In this document: positions 9,454 through 18,677 of the stretch, in pieces
Layout of the letters: every line of letters starts with the position of its first letter
How positions within the stretch are numbered: the first letter of the stretch is position 1
Assembly (NCBI GenBank): GCA_035940575.1
Contig: DASZER010000016.1
Span: 18,258-82,257 of the forward strand
DNA: 64,000 bases
Direction of reading: 5' to 3'
Source of the DNA: Frankiaceae bacterium
GTDB lineage: Bacteria > Actinomycetota > Actinomycetes > BP-191
The notes under the pieces: generated by a model
Seen by the model: only the letters and a program-made list of their open reading frames with translations
Databases searched by the model: none
What the model was told of the DNA's origin: nothing
Program-made: the position numbers and the translations under genes

Positions 9454-10508
9454 GGCTGGGGCTCGACGCGACGCCGCTGCTCGGGCAGCGCAGCGGCGTG
9501 GGGACGTACGTCGCCGGGCTGCTCTCCGGACTACGTCAGGTGACGCAGCCTCCCGAGGTCGTGCTGACGGCGTTCACCTGGCGCGGCACCGAAGGGCTGC
9601 CTGACGGGTACGCCCGGGGGCGACGCTTCCCCGCGCGCATCCTGCAGGAGGCGTGGATGCGCGCCGACGCGCCGCCGGTCGAGTGGCTGTCGGGGCGGGT
9701 GGACGTGTTCCACGCCACCAACTACGTGCTGCCGCCGTCACGCAAGGCGGCGGGCGTGCTGTCGGTGCACGACCTGTCGTACGAGCACCACGCCGACACG
9801 GTCACGGCAGCCACGCTGCGCTACCGGACGCTCGTGCCCCGCGCGCTACGTCGCGGGGCGTACGTCCTGGCGCTGACGGAGACCGTCGCGGGCGAGGTGC
9901 GCGACCACTACGACCTGCCCGCCGACCGGGTGGGGGTGGCGCGGCCGGGCGTGGACGAGGAGTGGTTCGCCCCCGCGGCGCGCCCGGCAGGGCTGCCTGA
10001 GGAGTACGTGCTGTTCGTCGGCAACCGCGAGCCGCGCAAGAACCTCCCCGTCCTCCTCGACGCGATGGCGCGGCTGTGGCCGAAGGTGCCGCCGCTCGTC
10101 CTCGTCGGCCCTTCGGGCTGGGGCCCCGCGCTCGACGCGTCGGGGCTGCCGCCTGAGGCGGTCGTGATCCCCGGCTACCTGTCGGAGGAGGCGCTGCGCG
10201 GCGCCGTCGCCGGGGCGAGCGCGCTGGCGTTCCCCTCGCGGTACGAGGGGTTCGGGCTGCCGCCGGTGGAGGCGTTCGCCTGCGGGACGCCGGTCGTGGC
10301 GAGCGACATCCCGGTGCTGCGCGAGGTGCTCGGGCCGCACGCGACATACGCCGCCGCGGGCGACGCGGAGGCGCTGGCGGCCGCGATCGCGGAGGCGCTG
10401 GACGCGCCGCCGACGTCCGCGGAGGCGCGGCGGGAGCACGCGCGGCAGTACACGTGGAGGCGTTGCGCGGCGGAGGCGATGGATGCGTACCTGCGAGCCC
10501 TACGATGA
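9450..10508 (+). CDS. Family 4 (GT-B) glycosyltransferase
   Basis: C-terminal GT1/GT4 signature (FPSRYEGFGLPPVEAFACGTPVV). GTG start overlaps the GT2 stop as GTGA. Confidence 0.8.
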   Translation: MRLGLDATPLLGQRSGVGTYVAGLLSGLRQVTQPPEVVLTAFTWRGTEGLPDGYARGRRFPARILQEAWMRADAPPVEWLSGRVDVFHATNYVLPPSRKAAGVLSVHDLSYEHHADTVTAATLRYRTLVPRALRRGAYVLALTETVAGEVRDHYDLPADRVGVARPGVDEEWFAPAARPAGLPEEYVLFVGNREPRKNLPVLLDAMARLWPKVPPLVLVGPSGWGPALDASGLPPEAVVIPGYLSEEALRGAVAGASALAFPSRYEGFGLPPVEAFACGTPVVASDIPVLREVLGPHATYAAAGDAEALAAAIAEALDAPPTSAEARREHARQYTWRRCAAEAMDAYLRALR

Positions 10509-10534
10509 CGCCCGTGATCGGCAGGTGAGCGACG

Positions 10535-12079
10535 ATGCGTAGGGCGGCGGTCTACAACCGCTTCTGGCACTCCATGGGCGGCGGCGAGCGCCACTCCGGC
10601 AAGATCGCCGAGGTGCTGGCCGCCGACGGGTGGCACGTCGACCTGATCGGCCACACCGACGTCGGCCGCGACAGCCTCGCCGACCACCTCGGGCTCGACC
10701 TCTCGGGTACCACGCTGCGGGTCGTCCCCGACAAGGGCGACGCGGCGCTGGTCGAGCTGTCGGAGGAGTACGACCTGTTCGTCAACGCGACGTTCATGTC
10801 GCGGCTCGCCCCGCGCGCCAAGCGCAACGTCTACCTCTGCTACTTCCCGACGCCGTTCGACTACAACGTCGAGCGCTGGCGCCAGGTCGTGCTCCGCCAC
10901 GTCGCCCCGCGCATCGCGCGCGGGCTGCCCGACCACCTGACGCACGGGCTCGGCTGGTACCCGCCCGAGGGCGGGCTGCGGCGGTCGTGGGTCTGGTCGC
11001 AGGGCGACGGCGTCGTCGTGATCCCGAGGGGCAGGCGCAAGAAGGTCTCGATGCTGCTCGGGCGCCCCGGTGGCGACCCGGTCGAGCTGACGTTGCGCGA
11101 CGGCGAGGGCACGGTGCTCGCGCGGGTGACCGTCACGCCCGACTTCCGCAAGCACACGTTCGACCTCGGCGCGGGCACCGACGGCATGGAGCTGCACTTC
11201 GTGTCGGAGACGTTCACCCCGGCGGTGAACGACAACCGCGACCTCGGCGTGGCCGTCTCGCGGCTGCGGCTCGTCGACGGCGACGGCGGGATGCGGTGGT
11301 ACGTCGTGCACCGGCTGCCGTGGCTCACGCTCGACCCGACGGACCTGTCGTTCCTGGAGTCGTACGACGAGGTGCTGGCGAACTCCGAGTACACGCGCGG
11401 CTGGATACAGAAGCTCTGGAAGCGCGACGCGGCGGTGCTGTTCCCGCCGATCCGCATCAACGACCTCGAGCCGTCGGCGACCCGCACGACGTCGATCGTC
11501 ACGGTCGGCCGGTTCTTCAGGCCGGGGCTCGGGCACGCCAAGCGGCAGCTCGAGATGGTGCGGATGTTCGGGGAGATGTACCGCGCGGGCGGGCTCGAGG
11601 GCTGGACGCTGCACGTCGTCGGCGGGTGCGAGCCGTCGCAGGTGCCGTACCTCGAGGAGGTCCGCGCGGCCGGCGCGGGGCTGCCCGTCGAGCTGCACCC
11701 GAACGCGCCCCGCTCGGAGGTCGAGCGGCTGCTGGACGAGGCCTCGGTGTTCTGGTCGGCGACGGGCTTCGGCGAGAACGAGGACAAGGCTCCGTGGGCG
11801 ATGGAGCACTTCGGCATGACGACCGTCGAGGCGATGGCGGGCGGCTGCGTGCCCGTTGTCATCGACCGCGCGGGGCAGCGCGAGATCGTGCGGCACGACG
11901 TGGACGGCTTCCGCTGGTCCACCCCGGCCGAGCTCGCGCAGTACACGCGGATGATCGCCTCCGACGACGCCCTGCGCGCGCGGCTCGCGGGCAGTGCCGT
12001 CAAGCGCGCGGCGGCGTTCTCCGAGGACGCGTTCGCGGAGCGCTGGCGTGAGATCGCGAAGGACCTCGGCCTCGGCTAG
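10535..12079 (+). CDS. Family 4 glycosyltransferase (large, 514 aa)
   Basis: C-terminal GT4 motif (EHFGMTTVEAMAGGCVPVVIDRAGQREIV). It is the last gene of the wzm-wzt-GT operon. Confidence 0.8.
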   Translation: MRRAAVYNRFWHSMGGGERHSGKIAEVLAADGWHVDLIGHTDVGRDSLADHLGLDLSGTTLRVVPDKGDAALVELSEEYDLFVNATFMSRLAPRAKRNVYLCYFPTPFDYNVERWRQVVLRHVAPRIARGLPDHLTHGLGWYPPEGGLRRSWVWSQGDGVVVIPRGRRKKVSMLLGRPGGDPVELTLRDGEGTVLARVTVTPDFRKHTFDLGAGTDGMELHFVSETFTPAVNDNRDLGVAVSRLRLVDGDGGMRWYVVHRLPWLTLDPTDLSFLESYDEVLANSEYTRGWIQKLWKRDAAVLFPPIRINDLEPSATRTTSIVTVGRFFRPGLGHAKRQLEMVRMFGEMYRAGGLEGWTLHVVGGCEPSQVPYLEEVRAAGAGLPVELHPNAPRSEVERLLDEASVFWSATGFGENEDKAPWAMEHFGMTTVEAMAGGCVPVVIDRAGQREIVRHDVDGFRWSTPAELAQYTRMIASDDALRARLAGSAVKRAAAFSEDAFAERWREIAKDLGLG

Positions 12080-12591
12080 CCCGTCACCTCGAACGGCGTG
12101 TAGTCGCAGGTCGCGGGTCGCGTGTAGAAGAAGTAGCGGCCGGGTGTCGTCGCTCCGCCTCCGACGTCCTGGATGGGGGCGAGCCGGCGCGGGACCGTCC
12201 AGGTGATGCGGAAGCGGCCGTTCGCGTCTTGGTGGAAGCGGCCCGGCATCGCACCCCCACGGGTGCCCGGCTCCCAACCCTCGTTCCTGAACGAGAGCGT
12301 GACATGGCCGTCGGCGGCCGGGCTGCAGCCGACGCCCTCGATCGTGACGACGGTGCCTTCCGGGCCGGAGGCGGGGCAGACGCGCATGTTCCGCGTGAGG
12401 CCGAGCGAGCAGCCCTCGCGCGGGAGCAGCGTCGGTGACGGTGCGGGCGACGGCGTGAGCCTCGCCGTCCTCAACGGCGCAGGGGAGGCGGTCCCTCGGC
12501 CGGACGGTGACGGTTCGACGCAGGCGACGGTGACGAGCGCGATCGCCACGGGCGCGACCCGCGCTACGACCGTCGTCATCGTGCCTGCCAT
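12076..12591 (-). CDS. Small secreted or lipoprotein-like hypothetical protein (paralog 1)
   Basis: 171 aa with a hydrophobic N-terminus, a Pro/Ser-rich linker, and a C-terminus CDYTPFEVTG. It shares ~60% identity and an identical 3' end with the next gene. Confidence 0.6.
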   Translation of the reverse strand: MAGTMTTVVARVAPVAIALVTVACVEPSPSGRGTASPAPLRTARLTPSPAPSPTLLPREGCSLGLTRNMRVCPASGPEGTVVTIEGVGCSPAADGHVTLSFRNEGWEPGTRGGAMPGRFHQDANGRFRITWTVPRRLAPIQDVGGGATTPGRYFFYTRPATCDYTPFEVTG

Positions 12592-12613
12592 CCGTAGAGG
12601 ACTCGCACTGTGG

Positions 12614-13108
12614 CTAGCCCGTCACCTCGAACGGCGCGAAGTCACATCCAGGCGGGTGCGACACGACGTAGTACGTGCCGGGGCGCACGGCGCCGCCGCC
12701 CTCGCCCTGGAGCGCGCCGATCTTGGCGGGGACGGTCCAGTCGAGGCGGAAGTAGCCACGGGCGTCGGCGGTCGCCGTCAGCAGCTCGGCGCCGCGCGTG
12801 CCCGGCGACCACCCCTCGTTGCGGAACGACACCTTGACGGTCGCCGACGGCGAGCACCCGACGCCCTCGATCGTGAGGGGCGTTCCGACGTGCCCCGAGG
12901 CGGGGCAGACGCGCAGGGTGCCGACCCGGGCCGCCGAGCAGCCACGGCGCGGGGGCAGCGTGCGCGCGGGCGCCGGCGGAGGCGCGTGCGTACGGACGGC
13001 CGGTGACGCTACGGGCGCCGCGAGCGGCGCGCCGTGCGGCGCCGCGCATCCCATCGCGGTCATGACGACGGCGACGGCGACGGCGAGCGCGAGCGTCGGT
13101 GTCGGCAC
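12614..13108 (-). CDS. Small secreted or lipoprotein-like hypothetical protein (paralog 2)
   Basis: 164 aa with the same architecture. RVCPASG, TIEGVGCSP and SFRNEGW are shared with paralog 1. Its C-terminus is CDFAPFEVTG. Confidence 0.6.
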   Translation of the reverse strand: MPTPTLALAVAVAVVMTAMGCAAPHGAPLAAPVASPAVRTHAPPPAPARTLPPRRGCSAARVGTLRVCPASGHVGTPLTIEGVGCSPSATVKVSFRNEGWSPGTRGAELLTATADARGYFRLDWTVPAKIGALQGEGGGAVRPGTYYVVSHPPGCDFAPFEVTG

Positions 13109-13126
13109 GCGGCCATTGTGCGCGCG

Positions 13127-15934
13127 CTACGGCACCGAGGGGCCGAGGACGGTCGACTTCGTCAGGTCGTCGGCGACGACGGGGATCGTCGGGACGGCGA
13201 CGAGGCCGAGGCGCTTGGTCGGGCCCGCAGGAACGGAGCGGCGTACGCCGTCCTGCACGAGCCAGCGCGAGCCGTCGGGCAGCCGCACCCACGCGCCGTC
13301 GGCGGGCGCGGCGAGCGGGCCGACGGGCAGCGCGAGGTCGGCGGCCGTGGCGGCCAGGGCGGGGCGCCCGAGGTAGGTGGAGACCAGCGACGCGGCCAGC
13401 GGCCGGCGCACGCCCGCGTCCAGCACCCACACCGACGTGCCGTCGGTGACGAGCGAGCCGGCCGGGTGGCGGGCGGCGTTCGACAGCGCCGCGCCCACGG
13501 GGAGCGAGCCGAAGTCGGACGGGCCGAGCGCGGGCAGCGACGCGGCGCCGTAGCCGAGCGCCTTGGCGGTCACGACGACGAGGCGGCCGTTGTCGACGAC
13601 GCGGACGACGCCGTCGGAGCCGCGCGCGGCGAGGCCGTTCGGCGGGACCCAGCGGGCGGTGACGAGCGAGTTCAGCTCGGTGCCGGCGGGCGCGACGGGC
13701 ACGCGCGGGTCGAGCGCGACGAGCGACGCGTCGATGACGCGGCGGGTGAGGCCGGTGATCTCGACGTACGACGCCGTCCCGGTGCGCAGCAGCGTTCCGG
13801 ACGGGTGCCTGTCCCCCACCGGCTCCCCGAGCGGCAGCGCGGCGAGGTCTTCGGCGGTCGCGACGACTGCGGACGTGAGGCCGAGGGGTGCCGTGCCGAC
13901 CGGGCGCCAGGCGCCGTTCGAGACGACGACGAACGACCCGTCGGCGCGCTTGAGCACGACGCCCTCCGGCGGGGCCAACGGCGCGCCCACCGGCAGCGCG
14001 AGGTCGGCCGGCTTGGCAGCGGCGACGGCGAGCGCCTTGGACCACGCGGTACGCGATACGGGCGACGTGAACGGCCGCCGCACGCCGGACTCGATCCGCC
14101 ACGCGCCCTCGGCGGTGGTGACGACGGTGCCGTCGGGGTGCGCGTCGTCGCGCGTCCACGGCGTGCCGACAGGGACGACGTCGAGAACGGCGTCGGGCAG
14201 CAGGCGGGCGGCGGAAAGGCCGAGCGCCGTGGCGACCGCCGACGTCACGGGACGGCGGGCGCCGTCCACGACGAGCCACGCGGCGCCGGCCGCGTTGCGG
14301 ACGTACATGCCGTCGCGCGGGCCGCTGAACGGCGCGCCGAGCGCCGCCTTCTGGCCCGGGTACGCGGGCAGCGGCGGCGCCTGCCGGATCGCCGACAGCA
14401 ACGCCGCCGACGCCGGGTACAGCCGCCCGCCCTCGACCACGGCGAACGGCACGCCGGACGAGCCGAGCGTGGCGCCGTTCGGGAGCGGGGAGACGACGTC
14501 GACCCGCTGCTTCCACGCGTACGCGCGGGTCGCGGCGTTCCACGACGACAGCGTCAGCTCGTAGCGGTCGGGGACGACGAGCGCGCCCGACGCGTCGCGC
14601 AGGTCCCACGTCGCGGCGAGCGCCGTGGACGTCGAGGTGCCCTTGTACGTGCGGAGGACGGTGCCGCGCGCGTCCCGGACGTCGAGCTGCCAGGACTGCG
14701 TGGCGGGCACGCCGGAGCGCACGGTGACGCCGGACGTGAGGTACATCGGCGTCGGGGTCGACACCGTCGGCGTGTACAGCGACGCGCCCATGAGGCTCTT
14801 GATCGCGGTACGGATCGACGGCAGCCGGTTGTACGTCTGCGTGCCCGGGCAGGCGGTGAGGCCGGCGTCACGGTGGCCGGAGACGTTGTTGAAGCGGACC
14901 TGCGTGCCGTTCTCGTACTTGGAGCCGCCGCGCGAGGTGAGGACGGTCGTCGCGAGCGGGTTCACGAAGTGCAGGGAGAACTTCCACGCGAACGTCCTCT
15001 GCACCGCCGCGAGCTGCGCGGACGAGGGCGCGACGGAGGAGTAGTTGCCGAGCAGCGAGACGCCGAACGTGTCGGTGTTGAACCCACCCGTGTGCGCGCC
15101 GATCACCGGGCGGTCGACGCCGCCGTAGCGGCCCTCGAACACGCGGCCGTACTTGTCGACGAGGAAGTTGTAGCCGATGTCGCTCCACCCGCGGCTCTGC
15201 GTGTGGAACGCGTAGACGCTGCGCACCATCGCCGCCGCCTGCGACGACGAGTACGAGTTCGACGTGTCGGTGTGGTGGACGAAGCCCATCCTGATGGTGT
15301 CCGAGTACGACGGCGTGCCGTCGCGCAGCGACTCGTCGGCGCCCCACTGCGCGCGCGTGACGATCGGCGGGCGGCCGACCGACGCCTCGGCGGACGCGCC
15401 GAAGACCGGCGAACGTCCCACGGCCGCGTCGGCGTCCGAACGTCCCGGGTCCACGAGCGACACCCGCACGTCGCGCGGCGCGTGGCCGCCCGCGACGGCG
15501 AGCCGTACCTGCCAGCCGTCCGAGGGGCCCGCGTACCAGGGCGCGGTGCCCGCGCGCTGACGGGCCGCCTCGGCGGCGTCGGGCTCGTGGTCGGGGTCGG
15601 CGTCGAGCGCGTGCCAGCCGGTCCAGCGGCCGTCCTGGCGGACCCGCGCCTCGACCCTCACGTCGCCGAGGCCGCGGTCGTGCGCCCACGTGACGCCGAG
15701 CGCCTCGAACCGTGCCGACCCGTTCTCCGCCGTGACCGCGAGCGGCCGGGTGGTGGAGGGCCCGGCGAAGCCGGCGCCGCGGCGTACGGCGGCGAGGTCG
15801 ACGCCGCGTACGGCGTGCTCCCGGACGGTGGGCGCGACGGGCCGCGGGCGGGCGGCGGGACGCGACATCACGGGCAGTGCCAGCGCGACCGGGGTCACGG
15901 ACAGGACGACGGCGGTCTTCAGCAGGCGGCGCAC
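13127..15934 (-). CDS. N-acetylmuramoyl-L-alanine amidase (Amidase_2/PGRP domain) with a long C-terminal repeat region
   Basis: 935 aa with a signal peptide. The catalytic region is RAQWGADESL, FVHHTDTSNSY, GWSDIGYNFLVDKYGRVFEGR and GAHTGGFNTDTFGVSLLGNY. It is followed by at least six degenerate ~60-aa repeats (VRRP..S...LG......DLALPVG.PL). Confidence 0.8.
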   Translation of the reverse strand: MRRLLKTAVVLSVTPVALALPVMSRPAARPRPVAPTVREHAVRGVDLAAVRRGAGFAGPSTTRPLAVTAENGSARFEALGVTWAHDRGLGDVRVEARVRQDGRWTGWHALDADPDHEPDAAEAARQRAGTAPWYAGPSDGWQVRLAVAGGHAPRDVRVSLVDPGRSDADAAVGRSPVFGASAEASVGRPPIVTRAQWGADESLRDGTPSYSDTIRMGFVHHTDTSNSYSSSQAAAMVRSVYAFHTQSRGWSDIGYNFLVDKYGRVFEGRYGGVDRPVIGAHTGGFNTDTFGVSLLGNYSSVAPSSAQLAAVQRTFAWKFSLHFVNPLATTVLTSRGGSKYENGTQVRFNNVSGHRDAGLTACPGTQTYNRLPSIRTAIKSLMGASLYTPTVSTPTPMYLTSGVTVRSGVPATQSWQLDVRDARGTVLRTYKGTSTSTALAATWDLRDASGALVVPDRYELTLSSWNAATRAYAWKQRVDVVSPLPNGATLGSSGVPFAVVEGGRLYPASAALLSAIRQAPPLPAYPGQKAALGAPFSGPRDGMYVRNAAGAAWLVVDGARRPVTSAVATALGLSAARLLPDAVLDVVPVGTPWTRDDAHPDGTVVTTAEGAWRIESGVRRPFTSPVSRTAWSKALAVAAAKPADLALPVGAPLAPPEGVVLKRADGSFVVVSNGAWRPVGTAPLGLTSAVVATAEDLAALPLGEPVGDRHPSGTLLRTGTASYVEITGLTRRVIDASLVALDPRVPVAPAGTELNSLVTARWVPPNGLAARGSDGVVRVVDNGRLVVVTAKALGYGAASLPALGPSDFGSLPVGAALSNAARHPAGSLVTDGTSVWVLDAGVRRPLAASLVSTYLGRPALAATAADLALPVGPLAAPADGAWVRLPDGSRWLVQDGVRRSVPAGPTKRLGLVAVPTIPVVADDLTKSTVLGPSVP

Positions 15935-16013
15935 GGGCGGGTCCAGGGGGCTAGAGGACGTTCACGACCACTCTCTGTCGCGTCGTCACCCGGCGTCCCC
16001 GACTTGACCTAAT

Positions 16014-16886
16014 TCACATCCGTAACTCAGGTATCTCCGCGAAGGCAGCGCGCAGCGCGTCGCGCCAGTGCGGCAGCGGGGCGAGCCCCGCCTCGCGCCA
16101 CGCGCGGTCGGACAGCACCGAGTACGCGGGCCGCGGCGCGGGCCGGGGGAAGTCCGCCGTCGTGCACGGCGTCACCCGCTCCGGGTCGGCGCCGAGCTCC
16201 TCGAAGACCGCGCGGGCGAACGCGTACCAGGTCGTGTCGCCGGCGTTGGTGCAGTGGTAGATCCCGGGCGCGGGGCGGTGCCGCGCGAGCGCGACGAGCC
16301 CGCGCGCGAGGTCGCGCGACCACGTCGGCGAGCCGCGCTGGTCGTCGACGACGGACAGCGTCTCCCGCTCGCGCTCGAGGCGGGCCATGGTCTTCACGAA
16401 GTTCGTGCCGACGGCGCCGTAGACCCAGGCGGTGCGGACGACGTACGACCCCGCCGACACCGCGAGGACGGCCTGCTCGCCGGCGAGCTTCGTGCGGCCG
16501 TAGGCGGAACGCGGCCCCGTCGGGTCGCCGACGTCGTACGGACTCGTGGCGTCGCCGGGGAAGACGTAGTCCGTCGAGACGTGGACGAGGCGCGCGCCGA
16601 CGGCCTCCGCGGCCAGCGCGAGGTGCGCGGGGGCGGCCGCGTTGGCGGCGTACGCCGCCTCCTCGTCGGTCTCGGCGCCGTCGACGTTCGTCCACGCGGC
16701 GGCGTTGAAGATCGTCAGAGGCCCGGGGATGTCGCGCACCGACAGCGCCCACTCCCCCACGGCCGCGCGGACGGCGGCGCCGTCGGTCACGTCGAGGTCG
16801 GCGCGCGTGAGGCCGCGGGCGTGCGGGAGCTCCAGCAGGAGGTCGGAGCCGAGCTGGCCGCCGGCGCCGACGACGAGGGGACGCAG
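16014..16886 (-). CDS. rmlD: dTDP-4-dehydrorhamnose reductase
   Basis: RPLVVGAGGQLG, VHVSTDYVF, YGRTKLAGE and GIYHCTNAG. It lies immediately downstream of rmlB. No ATG or GTG is available, so a CTG at 16886 or 16895 after a GGAGAAGG ribosome-binding site is the likely start. The start coordinate is uncertain. Confidence 0.8.
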   Translation of the reverse strand: MRPLVVGAGGQLGSDLLLELPHARGLTRADLDVTDGAAVRAAVGEWALSVRDIPGPLTIFNAAAWTNVDGAETDEEAAYAANAAAPAHLALAAEAVGARLVHVSTDYVFPGDATSPYDVGDPTGPRSAYGRTKLAGEQAVLAVSAGSYVVRTAWVYGAVGTNFVKTMARLERERETLSVVDDQRGSPTWSRDLARGLVALARHRPAPGIYHCTNAGDTTWYAFARAVFEELGADPERVTPCTTADFPRPAPRPAYSVLSDRAWREAGLAPLPHWRDALRAAFAEIPELRM

Positions 16887-16891
16887 CGAGG

Positions 16892-17863
16892 TCAGCGCAG
16901 GGCCGCCTTCTCCTTGAGCGGGCGCCACCACGCCTCGTTCGCGCGGTACCACTCGACGGTCTCGGCGAGGTGCTCCTCCAACGAGCCGCGCGGCACGTAG
17001 CCGAGGCCGCGGATCTTCGCGTCGTCGATGGCGTAGCGGCGGTCGTGACCCTTGCGGTCCTCGACGTACTCGACCGACTCCCAGTCGGCGCCGCACGCGT
17101 CGAGCAGGAGCTGGGTCAGCTCCTTGTTCGTGAGCTCGACGCCGCCGCCGATGTTGTAGAACTCGCCGGCCGCGCCCTTGTCGATCGCGATCTGGATGCC
17201 GCGGCAGTGGTCGTCGACGTAGAGCCAGTCGCGGACGTTGAGGCCGTCGCCGTAGAGCGTGACCTTCTTGCCCTCGATGAGGTTGGTGACGAACAGCGGC
17301 ACGACCTTCTCGGGGAACTGGTACGGGCCGTAGTTGTTCGAGCAGCGCGTCGTCGTGATGTTGAGGCCGTGGGTCACGTGGTACGCCCGCGCCAGCAGGT
17401 CGCTGCCGGCCTTGGCTGCGGAGTACGGGGAGTTCGGGTCGAGGCGGTCGGTCTCCACGAACTCGCCGACCGGGATCGAGCCGTAGACCTCGTCGGTCGA
17501 GACGTGCAGCACGCGCGGGATCTCGTGGCGCACGCACGCGTCGAACACCGTCTGCGCGCCGAGCACGTTCGTCAGCACGAAGTCCGCGCCGCCGTGGATC
17601 GAACGGTCGACGTGGGTCTCGGCGGCGAAGTTCACGACGACGTCGTGGCCGGGGAGCACCTCGTCCAGCAGCGACGCGTCGCAGATGTCGCCCTGCACGA
17701 ACCGGTAGCGCGGGCTGTCGGCGACGGGCGCGAGGTTGGCGAGGTTGCCCGCGTACGTGAGCTTGTCGAACACCGTCACGTGCGCGTCGTCGCGCTCGGT
17801 CAGCGTCGTGCGGACGTAGTGCGAGCCGATGAACCCGGCGCCGCCGGTGACGAGGATCCTCAT
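16892..17863 (-). CDS. rmlB: dTDP-glucose 4,6-dehydratase
   Basis: MRILVTGGAGFIGSHY, the YSAAKAGSD active-site motif, and NNYGPYQFPEKVVPLF. The internal ATG at 17863 fits the family N-terminus better than the track start. Confidence 0.9.
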   Translation of the reverse strand: MRILVTGGAGFIGSHYVRTTLTERDDAHVTVFDKLTYAGNLANLAPVADSPRYRFVQGDICDASLLDEVLPGHDVVVNFAAETHVDRSIHGGADFVLTNVLGAQTVFDACVRHEIPRVLHVSTDEVYGSIPVGEFVETDRLDPNSPYSAAKAGSDLLARAYHVTHGLNITTTRCSNNYGPYQFPEKVVPLFVTNLIEGKKVTLYGDGLNVRDWLYVDDHCRGIQIAIDKGAAGEFYNIGGGVELTNKELTQLLLDACGADWESVEYVEDRKGHDRRYAIDDAKIRGLGYVPRGSLEEHLAETVEWYRANEAWWRPLKEKAALR

Positions 17864-17951
17864 GACGCGAATCCTCGCAGACGCCACCGTCCCCTGGATA
17901 CGACGGTGCCCCACCCCCACGACGGGGGGCGGGGCACCGAGGCGCGAGGGG

Positions 17952-18587
17952 CTACTTGCCGACGGCCACGCAGGACGCCGAGCCGGCGACGTAGGTCTTG
18001 CCGACCGCGTCGTCCGCCATCTGCAGCGAGCCGCCGCCGGTGGTGGCGCCGGTGGCGGGGTTCGGGACGTACGCGCCGAGGACCCAGTACGTCGTCATCG
18101 TCAGGCCGAGCAGCTTGGTGCTCGGCTTCGGGTTGCCGTACGTCGTCCACGCGCCGACGGGGGCGGAGATGCGGATCTCCTTCTTCGCCGTGTCGTAGAC
18201 GCCGGTCGCCGAGCCGAGCGAGCGGTGGATCGAGCCGTCGACCCAGCCGTAGTTGAACGCCTCGGTGGTCGGCGTGACGCTGTAGCTCAGGTAGATCGGC
18301 GTCGCGGCGCCCGCCGGCGTGAAGTCGAAGTAGTAGCCCTGGCCGGTCGGGGCGTCGGAGTTGCTCTTCGACACGTCGGCGAGGCGGAAGACCGCAGTGA
18401 CCGTCTTCGCGTTCGACGCGAGGTCGCCCGAGACGATGTCGAGCGGCGCGCCGTACTCCGAGTCGCCGGTCGCGTCGGTGATCGTCTTGCACGGCGGCGG
18501 GGGCGGCTTGCGTACGGCGGCGTCGGCGATGCCCACGGTGGACGCGGTGAGCGCGAGCACCGTGAGGGCGAGGACAGGTCGCTGCAT
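17952..18587 (-). CDS. Secreted protein, divergent member (E) of the repeated ~200-aa family
   Basis: ATG at 18587 is preceded by an AGGAGC ribosome-binding site. The signal peptide is MQRPVLALTVLALTASTVGIADA. It then has TITDATGDS and PLDIVSGDL (the family N-terminal motif) and a C-terminal VAVGK. Confidence 0.6.
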   Translation of the reverse strand: MQRPVLALTVLALTASTVGIADAAVRKPPPPPCKTITDATGDSEYGAPLDIVSGDLASNAKTVTAVFRLADVSKSNSDAPTGQGYYFDFTPAGAATPIYLSYSVTPTTEAFNYGWVDGSIHRSLGSATGVYDTAKKEIRISAPVGAWTTYGNPKPSTKLLGLTMTTYWVLGAYVPNPATGATTGGGSLQMADDAVGKTYVAGSASCVAVGK

Positions 18588-18677
18588 GGAGGGGCTCCTA
18601 CGAGTTTCCGAGTGTTGGGAGCCGACTTCGACGGTCCAGCGCCACGTCCTGCTTCCGCTCTCGCTACGTTGCTCCAC

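Noticed and set aside
15990-16040. TTGACC...TAACTC promoter-like hexamers
   Set aside because: They point on the plus strand toward the 3' end of rmlD, with no downstream plus-strand gene. This is probably chance.
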